From Eukaryota sp. GEM-RC1 (Eukaryota), in assembly GCA_040285855.1 (NCBI GenBank), contig JAUFOQ010000013.1, positions 1,798,001-1,862,000 on the forward strand: a DNA stretch of 64,000 nucleotides, written 5' to 3'. Under the pieces are notes generated by a model that saw only the letters and a list, made by a program, of their open reading frames with translations, was not told where the DNA came from and searched no databases. This document shows positions 26,126-37,855 of the stretch, piece by piece. Each line of letters opens with the position of its first letter. Positions within the stretch are counted from its first letter, which is position 1. Both the position numbers and the translations under genes were made by a program.

Positions 26126-28152
26126 CTATAAAACTGATTGTATCAGCTGCTGTTTCTGTTCAAAATCAGAACACAGTGAAACTTTTAAATATTCAGCAAT
26201 TTCGGTAGCATTTGGCCACACAAATTTTTCCATGAAAATTAAAAAACTTGGAACAACAAAACCATCAATTGAAGGTAACTTTGAAAAGAAATCTAAAGCA
26301 AATTCTTGTTCTAATGAATTCACCAATGTAAATAAAAAAAGTTGAGCAAAAAATGCCTGTCGCTCATTCAAAGTGTCAAATTCAATTCCCTTTAGTATAG
26401 AATTTCTAATAACTTTTTTAAGAATTAAATCAGTAAAAAAAAGTCACCAGGTTTTTGACAGACCTCTTTTTTAAATCAGACATTGTCTTAAACCTATCCC
26501 AAAAAAGCCAATTGCAAGCCAAATCCAATCTCCTTGTTCATTTGAAATAACTTTTCCCCGAGAAAAGCATAAAACTTGTTATACTTACCCTCAGAACATA
26601 CACACGTCACCATCACCTTGGCCACGTCATGCAGGAAATGTTTTAATCTCGTTCCAGCATTAGAATTGGTTCTATCGTTATTAACCAAAGGATGTACCAG
26701 CCAAAGCCTGTCAACAGAATCTTCAAGACCATCTGAACCAACAATTGCTTCAAATATGGCTCGTCTAGTTGACGTTGCTAAACGTTTCTTCTTAGCAAGG
26801 TCAACAAGGATGTTTTCGTTGGAGACATTGCTGAGAGAACTTGATGAGAGGGATTTAGGAAGAAGTGATTGACAGTCGGTGGTGGTTAATAACTGTGTGA
26901 ACGTGATAGAAGAAAAAGTCTCGGTAAGTCCAGATTTTCGAACTTTACTTTTGAGCGAATCAAAAATGACTGCTTCAGAAGCTACTGAATTGACTGATTG
27001 AAGGTCAGACTTACCATTTTTGAGAGCATTAACTAAATCCAACAGAATTCTAATTTCAATAGGAATTGTCTCAAACTTTTCAAAAAATTCATGAGTCACA
27101 GTGAAAATATTTAAAAACAGCACAGGTTTTGAACTTCTCAAATCTTTTCCAACTCTACGTAACAAAGCATGACAACATTCTACAAAACAGTTACTTTCAA
27201 AATCAACTTGACACTTACCAATCAAAAAATGATAACAGTCAGAAACGATCTCTTCAGTCAGAATACCGGCGTAATAAAAACAAACAAATGCTTTGATATG
27301 ATTAGTTATTACTAAAGCAAGATTATCGCCATACTGAGCCGTTGAAAACGACGATAGAAAATCAAATCTTTTCAAAATTTTGGAAATAATAGAAATCATT
27401 AGAACTCGTGACTGTGATGACAAACAAATCTCAACAATAACAAGTATAAGAACACTCAAGGATCCGACTGTCACGTTTGGATTAAGTAGTGATTGTAGTA
27501 AAATATTTGAAAAATCATCGGAAAAATTCAAAATCTGATCATTTTGAATTAATTTCGCTATACTAGATCCAATGCTTTGAAAGTTACTGGTACCAGCTCT
27601 ATTGAACAAACCTTTGATCTTCTTTGCAACTTCTTTAGAAATTTTAGATTTAAATGCTGGGATCTCATTTAAGAGTGAGTCTAGGGAAAGAGATTCAGAA
27701 GATGTAGGAGGTGATGTGTCAGAAGGTGATGACGAGTCAATTGGTGATGACGTGTCAGCAGGATTTTGGTCAGAGTCAAAGTCAGACTCTCCTGAAGCCG
27801 ATGTCTCTTCTTCATCGTTATCAGAATCTGCTTCTGAGGAAGAGTCCTCCTCATTGAGGTTAGAGTTTTCTTGTTCCATAAGTAAAAGTTCTTCTTCAAG
27901 GTCTGAGTCAAGGTCTGAGAGAGATTTGTCACCACGAAACTCAGGTAGAACTTCTAGAAGATAAGAGAGACCATCTTCTTCGAATTCGGGAGGGATTTGT
28001 CCATTTTTCCAACCTGTGAGTTCTTGAAGATGACGAATTTCTTCATCTGAATCATAAGCAGTCTCAGAAAGAGGAGAGTGTTGTTGGTGAAACTCCTTAG
28101 TGTCAGATCGTTCCTTCTTGAAAGATTTAGAAGAAGTTTGACGGCGTTTCAT
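26126..28152 (-). CDS. NOM1: Nucleolar MIF4G/MA3 protein NOM1/Sgd1 (two homopolymer frameshifts)
   Basis: DEEIRHL..L.G...F.EDGL.YLL, IKGL.NR....N, L.T..RRAIF.AI.GS, C..E..YNK.YA.L, QLAFWDRF after removing one base each from A6 26501-26506 and A8 26435-26442. Confidence 0.85.
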
Positions 28153-28329
28153 GTATTTTTTTGACTCATTTTTCTTCAGAATGAATTCATAAACCTACAA
28201 GTTTCATCTGGCTCTTTAACATGAAAGAGTTCATTTCCTGTACTTCATAACCATTTGAATCTTGGATTTGGAGAAGACAACCAAACAATCAACCATTTTG
28301 GTAGTAATGACTACTAAATAGTTAATGGA

Positions 28330-29862
28330 TGCTTATTGAAGTGAGAAAACAGAGTCTAAATGAAACGAACAACAATAAGATCAAAATAATATCGATCGAT
28401 ATTTGAAAAGTTGATACGTTAAATCTCTTATTCTGAGACTTATACAGAGATCCAAAATCAGTTAAAAACTGAGAAGCCATATCACCAATACTACCAAAAA
28501 TAGAAGTATCAAATAGTACACACAAATTCCGAATCCAAATTTTGATTGAGACCAACAACATCTTTGGAATTCAACAGTCTCTATTTAAATTTTCAGTTAA
28601 ACAAAGAGGGGGATCTTCATACTCCGTGGCTTAAATCATGATAAGCGTTAGCGGAGTTTACTTCAGTTGATGTTTGCAACAAATCTTGTGTTATAGGGAA
28701 ACCATAAGTCATAAGGATATTGGATTCTTCTTTTAATCCGCTAACAGCTGCTGAAAAGCTCAAACATCCCACGTACGACTCTCAAGTTGAAGAATTAAAT
28801 CGAATATCATATTCCATGTATATATCCATGTGCTAAAGTATATTTGAATTCAGTTTCGAGTGATACTGAAAATCATTTATCCAAAGCTGAAAAAAGAAAA
28901 ATTAGTACATATTCTGACACAATGATCAAACTAAATTCCAATTTGTATTCTTCTTTTAAGTTCATTCCTTTTGCTATTTCAATTCTTGGTAATATTGGAT
29001 TTGCTGCTGAAAAATTCTTTGATGCCTTTTCAAAGTTGTGCCGTGACCATAGGAAAAATTTTAATCCGTCCATTTGGCGCAATCGCATTGTTTTTTCCTT
29101 ATATAGAAGTTTTCCAAAGTATTTGAATCGTATTCGGGACAAATTGTATCGTGGTAGTTCAAGAGTAGATGTGGATCATTTAATATCTTTTAAGTACTGG
29201 TTGTTTGTATTTCGTTAATTTATAACATAAAATTTGTATTCCAAATTTGTGTTTCAACCTTTCGTTGTTTCTCTTTTGGATCTATTAGTCCCGCTAGTGA
29301 TCAATTCTTTCAGGGTTTTGAATAACTGTGTAAAGGAACGAATCAGAAGTTTGGAATGGCTGAATGTATTAACCGTATTGTGTTGTTCATTTATCGAAAT
29401 ATTCATTTCTATTTCTCTCGATTAGTTGAGAAACTTTACCACTCTGGTGTGAAGGTTAATGGTGTGAAGGAAAAACGTACTGTTTTACTGAATAGGATGA
29501 AGTCGTTTGAATTTGGTCTTGGTGTTTTACAAATCGTTTTTACAAATACAAACTGTGTGGCCATTTTATCGTTTTGGCCAAAAAGGAAGACTTGTTGAAT
29601 TGTTGTTGTTAGAAATCATTGCATAATTATAATCATAATCATTCGTCATTTTGTTTCAGAATTAGTTGTACTGTAGACAATGTCAGACCGCCTCATTGTC
29701 AAGCAGCCTTTTTAAGTAATTCTTCTTTTAGATCACAACTTACAATTGTTCGTGGTTGTATGGGAAAAGATACCATTTAGATCTATAGACGTCACTACTT
29801 TTGATTGAGAAACTGATTTCATAGTTTTGTAGGAAGGTTACCTTATTGGGTACCGAATAAAG
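28330..29862. mobile_element. Cluster of CRE-like 3' fragments (family D on -, families B, C, B on +)
   Basis: SIFGSIGDMASQFL.DFG (-, ~28400-28510); copy resembling 49980-50175 at ~28605-28815; FIPFAISILGNIG at 28844-29218; FVFQPF at 29234-29520; family B tail GTAGGAAGGTTACCTTATTGGGTACCGAATAAA at ~29829-29861. Confidence 0.75.
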
Positions 29863-30099
29863 ATAGAGAAGAGGCAATGGCAGGATATCTATAGTAATAA
29901 TCGCTAATTCTAATGTCTTAATTGAAAGAAAGTCACGTATTCTACATGTACTGGTTCTGATGTTGAGTTTGTAGAGTTGAGATTTCGCTTTTCTGGTTTA
30001 AATGTCAACTTGACAACAATGCTTCTTTTCCTGAAGAGTTTGCCTTGTTTGTACTTCGTATCCTTTATTATACTTTTGTTTCTGATCATCTACTATCTC

Positions 30100-30874
30100 C
30101 AATGTCAAGTTTCCTCGTTTTGTGAACAAGTTCGCTTCTGCATTCCATTCATTCAATCATGTCAGCTTCCACAGTTCTCTCCTACTCTGGTCAATCAAAT
30201 ATCCTCATCTTCTTCAGACATTGTTCTCTCCTCACTAACTTTCTTTGTTAAACACGGTCGCTATCCTGAACCAAATCTGAATGTACCTCCTGGATATTCT
30301 GGAAACCATCAAGAGAAAACGACCTGTAATACTTTACCTAAAATGCATCTTTTTCATTTCCTTCTGGAGATCAAATCCACGAGGTTTAAAATCCAATGTG
30401 TCTATTCTAGAATCAGTTCTATCTCAAATTGGTCCTAAACAACTCTACTTTATGTGTGGATTCAGGGTGACCAAAGGCTCCATCATCATTGATTTCCCAT
30501 CAGATCACGTCATCCTTCCTCCGTCACGTGATGAGCTCATTTCTGTTTGTTGTACCCCTCATAAGAACAGTCTTTTAACGGTGTGTGGGAGAGCTCTAAC
30601 CAAGCATCATGCACGTGATTCATCCAAGAGTTTCTGGAACTCAGTGAAAGGGAATGAGCATGATAAGAACACCAATGGTTTGAGAGCTGTCAATAGAATT
30701 CTTAATGAAGCTACTTGGTCTAACATACATGAGATTAGCGGAAGGCATTTAGTTCTTGAAGTTAGAACTCATTTAGGTTATGGAGCAAGGTGGAAGTTGT
30801 TACCCGAATTAGAATTTAGAGGTTTCGTTGAACCAATGCATAAAGCTAATCCTAAGTTTCAATATCGTCATTGA
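30100..30874 (+). CDS. Conserved eukaryotic hypothetical protein (start uncertain, probable frameshift)
   Basis: LT..GRAL.KH..R...FW...KG....KN..........W.NIH.......LEVR...GYGARW......FRGFVEP, a motif set I recognise from uncharacterised plant/protist proteins. Confidence 0.6.
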
Positions 30875-31759
30875 TGACGTGATGATTATGTCGTGATTGT
30901 TTGATTAAGGTCTTAAACGGAAGCCATGTAATCGAAGGACGTCATTTTATGTTTTTTTGCTGACTTGATTGTTATCTTAGATATTAGATATCTTCATTAC
31001 GTTATGTCTTAGAATTTACAAAAATCAGTGGTCAAAACTAAATTAAAAATTTGAATTCAATACATCTAGTATGATTTTTTGATCTTACATGTTTTTGAAA
31101 AGTATCTTTGTGTTTTTCTGGTGATCACTTGGAAAGCATTACCAAACTGTAATTAAAATTAAGTTTAAAGTTTTTTAAAAAGTTTAGGAAAAAGTGCACT
31201 GAATTTTTTAAACGATTTCAGAAAAATCGTAAAAAATAGGATGTACAAACGTTTTGATCATTTGTTTTGGTTGAATCGGATCGTTTTTACTGTTTTTAAA
31301 ACAATTCCCCTAATCATCTCCAAAGCGTTATTAGCAGTGAGTTCCTTTTATGAGGACAAAGCTGTTGTAAGGTTTGATAGCGACGGGTGTTGTTTTAATG
31401 ATATCAAATTTTAGTAAAAAAAATTTTAAAATCAAATTTTAGTTGTTTGATCTATTACATTTATAATAAAACCAAGCTGAAAAAAAGTTATTAAACTTAA
31501 AACAATGAAGACTTTAGTAGTGGTTGTATATATACTAGGGAGATGCAACGACCTATACGTGATCCCCGCAACTACTCCCCTAATTAATTGTGTTCAATAG
31601 CTTCACAATTAAAGTTGGTCATCTGATCACGTCATCATGGTTGGAGATACAGTAATTACATGAAGAAACAGAACGAAAGGAACTATCAAATTCCTTATAC
31701 ATAATTTCCATAGTCAGAGTTTCCGAAAAGAAGAGATCAATCATATGTAAACCGTTTCT

Positions 31760-32134
31760 TCAATGAATATATGTGTGTAAGTCAGCATCTTTGACTTCTT
31801 CAAATTTAACTTTCCCTAATGCCAGTGCAATCCGAAGGGCTAACTGATGTTTACACATATAACTAGTGTCTTTAAGTACACTGAAGGAAAAAGCTGGACA
31901 AGAACAATAGTTCGGCATCACAGTGTAAGGTTGTTTCCCCTTGGCAAGATAAACAACTCGCCGGGATTCAGAAGCAATGAGACCACTCAATGCTGATGAA
32001 TCTATAAGATGAAGAGCGCTTTCAAGTTGACCTGGGAAAATGACATCCAGGATCTCTAGAAGTTCTTGAGAAAGAGTCTGAGTGGAGTTAATGAATCCCA
32101 GTATTTCTTCACAGAAATCTGTAAAAGGAAACAT
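31760..32134 (-). CDS. ZSWIM7: SWIM zinc-finger protein ZSWIM7/Sws1 (Shu complex)
   Basis: LESALHLID...YTV..NYCSCPAFSFSVL....MCKHQLA..IA.ALG. Confidence 0.85.
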   Translation of the reverse strand: MFPFTDFCEEILGFINSTQTLSQELLEILDVIFPGQLESALHLIDSSALSGLIASESRRVVYLAKGKQPYTVMPNYCSCPAFSFSVLKDTSYMCKHQLALRIALALGKVKFEEVKDADLHTYIH

Positions 32135-32279
32135 GTGAGATGTAAGTTGAGTAGAAAGTCAAACTACTGGTAGTAGAATGTACAAATATGGTGGAAGTCT
32201 TGCAATATAAATCTACTGCTAGTAGTAGAAGTAAAAGCAACAGAAATCTGCTTCCCCAACTTCTAGTTGAATCAAAACA

Positions 32280-32585
32280 ATGTCCTCTTATGACCAAGAG
32301 ACATCCAAGCTAACTTCTGAAATCGATAGTTTTACCGGAATTCTTAAACAACGTGTGCTTCATATGAGAGATTCAATTGAACGAGACAGTGAAATCATCA
32401 CCACTGCAATGACTCTTACTGAAGAGAATCAGGCCAGAGTTCATACCGATACAAAATCTATTGATGACCGTACACGCACATCTCGTCGTGGTCTTTTTGC
32501 TGATATTTTTCTAATGTTGTCAGTTGCTGCAGTTATTGCTGTCATGGTTATATTGATGAAACTCTTTCCAAAACCAAGACGCTAG
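32280..32585 (+). CDS. USE1: Use1-like Qc-SNARE (very short)
   Basis: SNARE helix LKQ......I.RD..I......EEN..RV, C-terminal TM ending MVILMKLFPK. Confidence 0.65.
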   Translation: MSSYDQETSKLTSEIDSFTGILKQRVLHMRDSIERDSEIITTAMTLTEENQARVHTDTKSIDDRTRTSRRGLFADIFLMLSVAAVIAVMVILMKLFPKPRR

Positions 32586-32948
32586 ATGTTCCTTTTACTG
32601 TGTTCCTTTTCTCTTTGGTATTTTCAGCTTTTTTTTGCATCTTCTCGGTTGCTGTTTAACGAAACTGTGTCATTGGTAAGACATTCTCGAACATAATACG
32701 AACATTTTGAGATTTAGAAGTCTGACTGGTTTGTGGAGTTTTTGATGTATTTATATAGTTGCATTTTAGAGCTATATGTGAACCCAATTTAATAGTGACC
32801 TTAAAAGACGTGTGTGTAAGTTTTTGTTACAGTTTTGTCCATAAAAACACGTCGTTGAGTTGGAAATGTGGGATGAAAGTTCGAAACATTTACCATCAGA
32901 TGGATCATCCAGAAAATTCAACTCAAAACTCATGAACTTTGTATCAAA

Positions 32949-34537
32949 ATGGGACGTCTAGAAAACTTCTATAGTGTTCATCTAACAACCTTTACTATAC
33001 TAGGTATCCTTGGAAGCTTCCTCATCTACTTTTCTGAAAAGGAATGGGACTTTGTTGACTCCTTTTTCATGTCCTTCTCATCAATCACTGATACCGGACT
33101 CACAACAACTTCTTTGGAGTCTGCCAAGTTTTCCACTCGTATTCTAGTTCTCTTCTTACTCCAACTAGGTAGTCCTGTTCTATGGACCTTGGTTCCAGTC
33201 GTTATCCGACGTCATTTCCTTATCAACAACTTCAACCATCCTGTTTGTACCGCTTCTAAGTATCCCGAGGAAGATCCCTCAGCCCCACCTATCCACCTCA
33301 ATCCAATTCCTCTCTACAAATACTCTAAAGAATATTGGGCTATGTCCCGCCTCATAGTAGTTGTTCTTGCCTACACTCTCTTCCTCTACCTGTTTGGCTT
33401 TCTCTGTCTGTCCCTTCGCTTTGCTCTCTCCCCCCATGCTAGGTACGTTGCTGATCAAGTGGGAGGGTGGAAGTTCTTTACGATCTTTCACGTAATTTCG
33501 GCCTCAACTAACTGTGGAATGTCACTCTTCTCTTCTTCACTTACCCCTTTTAGAGACGATCCTTTCATTTTGATCCCTTTAATGATTTTAATCGTCTTTG
33601 GTCAGACTGGATTCCCTGTTTTTCTTAGATTAATCATAATCAACAGGTCAAAAACGTCACGATATCGTCCTGTGTACACTTTCCTTCTTCATCATGGACG
33701 TTCAGTATATACTCATTTGTTTTCTACAGTGGAAACGTCATGGCTGGCGTTCTGGTGGTTGATTTTCTTTTTGTTCAATTTGGAGCTATTTTGATCTTTG
33801 ATTTTGACCACATGCCTGTTTCGAATCCTCTTTTGAACACGTTTTTCATGACAATCTCGACTAGAGTCACTGGATTCTCTACGATTGATCTATCACACGT
33901 CTCCCCACCACTTCTTATTATTTTAATTTTGTTACAAATTTTGGCGGTAACTCCTTTTATTTCTGTTCTTAGAAGTTCTGAAAAGACTGTAGAATCGTTA
34001 CCAGAACCAGGAGGCATCAAATCAGCCCTTCGGAAGTTGATCTCCACTCAACAGTTAAATACCTGGGCACGTGATTTCTTTTGGGTATATGCTTCTTGGT
34101 TAACTCTTACTATTATCATTTATAAGAGGTTAGATGGCTGGTTTTTGTTCAATCTTTTATACGAAGTTTCCTCTTCCTACGGTAACATTGGCTTAAGTAT
34201 GGGTTATCCAAGCACTGAGAGCTCATTTGCTTCTGAAACTGGAACATCAGGGAAGTTCGTGTTTTGCTTACTAATGTTGGCTGGTCGGCATCGTGGTTTA
34301 CCTTCGGTTCTTGATCAAAGTGCTTCTACTTTAACTTTTCAAGGGTTGGCTCAGAATGTTCTGAATTTGATACCTGTGGAAGTTTTAGCAAAGATGAATG
34401 TTAAGGAAGCTAAGAAAGTTGTAGCTAAACCTGATCCGGAATTAAATCCCTTATTAGAAGTTTTAATTGCAGATTGTGATGCCAACAATACCGTGACTTT
34501 GACTTCAAGTCACAGTTACTTAACCTTTCCCCCCTAA
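32949..34537 (+). CDS. Trk/HKT cation transporter (one frameshift)
   Basis: Pore-loop motifs S.ITDTGL, SASTNCGM, STRVTGF, SSYGNIGLS.GY and GRHRGLP; one extra T at 33768-33772 joins the two ORFs. Confidence 0.9.
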
Positions 34538-34968
34538 AAGATTGACCAACGTCAGGGAACTTAGGAGATTGATGGGTAAAGATCGGACATCAATGACTTC
34601 AGTGAAGGATTTGTTTGGAAGTTCAAAGGTTAATTAATTGAAGGATCAATTATGGAAATCGTTGTTTACAGTATGATTTCCAGTGATTACTTTATTTGAA
34701 AAACATGTGTGTTTTGAAACTTTTTGATTGAGTACTTTTTATGTCCTTAATTCTATTAAGCAATATTCTTTCGAAACAATTCTCTGTATTTACCAAACTT
34801 CATCATTTTCTATTGTCATTAAACAAAAGTTATTAAACAACGAATTCATTCACAAGAATGCTTTGTTTAGTACAAAGTACCTGGACTATATTTCAATTTA
34901 TTATTTTCTCTCAAAGTATTGTAGTTTTTTTAAACAAGTGTAGTTATTTTTTTATGTACAATGTCAAC

Positions 34969-35638
34969 AAAAAAACGGGGTTTATGATCAGTCAGTGAAA
35001 TAAATGCATTTGCAGAAGTTAATAACTAATAGACACTAACTAAAATATCTAAACTATGATCCTTCTGTCCATCACCAAACAACTTACCTCAAAGTGAATT
35101 AAAATATCTGTACATTGAACGAAACAACGCAAACGCTAACCTACTCAACCAAAAATTTTCATTGAAAACTTTACCATACTCAGAACACAATTTACCAAAG
35201 GAGGTTAAAAAACCTTGTGCAGCTGGTCCAATATTACCGTATATCGACATCGCAAAAGGTTGAAACACAAAAGAATTGTACCTGCCAACATTCAATTGGT
35301 TAATTAAGTGACAGTACTTTGAATTTTTCCTTTTTCAGCCACTTCAAGAGCAGAAAAATCATCCTCAAAAATTTTGGAAATTGATCTTGAATTACAAGGA
35401 CCAACAGTCGTGAAATCCATGATAATTTCCTGACAAGATAACCAAGGGCCAATCAAATCACCACGACTTCTATCAACTTTTGGCTGATCAGAAAGATAAG
35501 CAAGTAAAGGTTCAATTTTTTCATGAAAACCATTAGCTTTAAACATATCCAAACATGTATCCCGGATACTGTTGTGAATAATTGACTGAAAATGAATAAA
35601 TTGATGACAGTTAACTAAATGATGAAAATTTGAACTTG
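34969..35638 (-). mobile_element. 5'-truncated CRE-like element, family A copy 2
   Basis: Near-identical to 18450-19115; 9-bp TSD AATGTCAAC (34960-34968, 35639-35647). Confidence 0.9.
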
Positions 35639-35738
35639 AATGTCAACTTAGATAATCACACAACAGGAAACTAAATATTTAGAAAGACTATTAAAACAAA
35701 CTACATGTAGCGAACTACCGAATTCCGAGCAGTAACTA

Positions 35739-36321
35739 CACTAATCATGGTAATTAGTCTGTATTGGAAATTAGTCTCACATGGTAAATAGTCTCACTCA
35801 GACTAATTCTCATGTTGTAACACTTTAAACTGAAACTCGATTGGTAATTAGTCTCACTTTTTGTGATAAAATACCTATAAAATAGAACAACATTCGACGA
35901 ATACAAATACTGAACCACCTCGATATTACTTCTATTTTCCTATGAATAGCGTCTCCGCTGATGTTTGTGTTTACAAGTCAGGAAATTGAGTCAGGACGTC
36001 GTTTTTTCCAATAATGAGCTTGTTCGAGCACATCCTTTTGGTTGGTATACCCATCCTAATATGATTGTTGTGGAAGAAAATCAAGCAGACGTACCGAACG
36101 AAAGTTTTCCTGCTCTATTCATCAAAGTGAATGACAATTCATTTTTGTTTTGGTGGTGATACCAATTTCCAACAACGATAATTAGTCTGAGTGAGACTAT
36201 TTTTCTAACATGCTAATTAGTCTCACATGTTAATTAGTGTGTGTGAGACTAATTACCATGTGGATCCCTTGGACGATGACATATGAATTAGTCTGAGTGA
36301 GACTAATTACCATGATTAGTG
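35739..36321. mobile_element. Tc1/mariner-type MITE
   Basis: Perfect 22-bp TIR CACTAATCATGGTAATTAGTCT flanked by TA; subterminal TAGTCTCA repeats as in 5920-6426. Confidence 0.85.
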
Positions 36322-36879
36322 TACCACCAACCAGCTGGGTTAAAACAAAATCAATATACATACTACATGTAGTATCTCTATATTGATTTAAAAAGCGAAA
36401 AAGCAAATACATTGTTCGTTGATTGTCAAGGCACCTGTAACTTTAATTGTTAATTTCACTAGATGTTCCCTTTGAGAACTTCTTATCTTCAAGTTTTAGA
36501 TTTCTAGATTCTCGTGACCACACTGTTTTGAATGTATATTTAGATGGATCCAGCTACATCCGGGGGCAATTGTAAGATCGAACCCACAGCTTGCGTCATC
36601 GATCTGGAGAAAGTCGAGGCTTAACATTGAAGATAGAACTGATCAGAATCGGAGAAGATGGACTGTAAGATAATTATACAACATCGTTAATCGCGGGAGG
36701 TGCAATCCAATGTATTTTTGTATTTATCTCACTATTTTTGTTCCAAAAATAATAAAATTGATAGTATTAAAAGAAATGTAGGACCTATTTGACTGATCGA
36801 ACAATATGGTTGAAACTGTGAACTTGAATTCAGCTCAAGTATCTGTTACTTCTTGTATTAGTAACTGTTGGGTTCTTGG

Positions 36880-36995
36880 GAACAGAGAAAAAATCAAACG
36901 GTTATGCCCAATCCATGAGACTTACACACAGATCCAAAGTCAGTTAAAAACTGAGAAGCCATATCACCAATGCTACCGAAATAGAAATAGCGAAT
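36880..36995 (-). mobile_element. CRE-like fragment (family D)
   Basis: Shares CAGATCCAAA.TCAGTTAAAAACTGAGAAGCCATATCACCAAT.CTACC with 28447-28495. Confidence 0.65.
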
Positions 36996-37065
36996 TACAC
37001 CTAGACTGTTGTTGTTCAATAACCGTTGTAACAAACACTACTACTAGTAGTACGTTCAACACCAA

Positions 37066-37802
37066 ATGTCCCTCCTCACATCACTCTCAAATGTTCTCTT
37101 TGAACAACAATGTCCAGTTTCTTTGAAATCTCTCAGTGCCCGTTTCAATGAGTCTTTCCCAGCACTTGTTCCACTTCTTCAATCCTTTGTACACAATCAT
37201 GCAGACCAACTCTATCTGTATTTCCTCAACACCATTGAAACATCTTCTGGAAACATGTCAGTGACCATCTCTGACCACCAAATAGACTCTCATCCCCTTG
37301 GCAATCTCATTGACTCTACGCTTTACTGCTTGGTACCCAAACTATCTCATAGCTCACCTCCTTCTTTTCAAGACATCATCTGCTCTGACTTTAATAACAC
37401 CCCTTTTCGAGACGAAGAGCAAGAACCAATGGTAGAAGTAGAAACAATACACGAAGAACCAATGGTAGAAGTAGATGACGATCAATCTCCACCAGAAACG
37501 GAAGTTAAGAAACCTACTACTTTTCTACGCCAAACAATTACTTTGATTGATGATTCTTCTGATTTTGATGTTGAAGATGACGAAGTTAAGGAAGTTGCCT
37601 CAGCTCCTACTAGAACTAAAGTAACTAACGCTCCTTCAAGAGTTGTCACTTTAGGATCACCCAGACCATCCCTACCCAGCAGCCAACCGACAAAGACAAA
37701 ACGACAAGAGGAAGTTGTGGAAATTGAAGAAGATAAGCCAAAAAGAAGGTTTCAAAGAAGAAACAGATGTCAATTACATCATTCTTCTCGAAAAAATCGT
37801 GA
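37066..37802 (+). CDS. POLD3: DNA polymerase delta subunit 3 (Pol32/Cdc27)
   Basis: N-terminal winged-helix-like VSLKSLS.RF......L..F, disordered middle, terminal PIP box KKQMSITSFFSKKS* reached by adding one A at 37740-37744. Confidence 0.8.
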
Positions 37803-37855
37803 TTAATCTCTATTAATCATTTAGTTTATAATGAAGTTTTATATTTTTGAATTTT

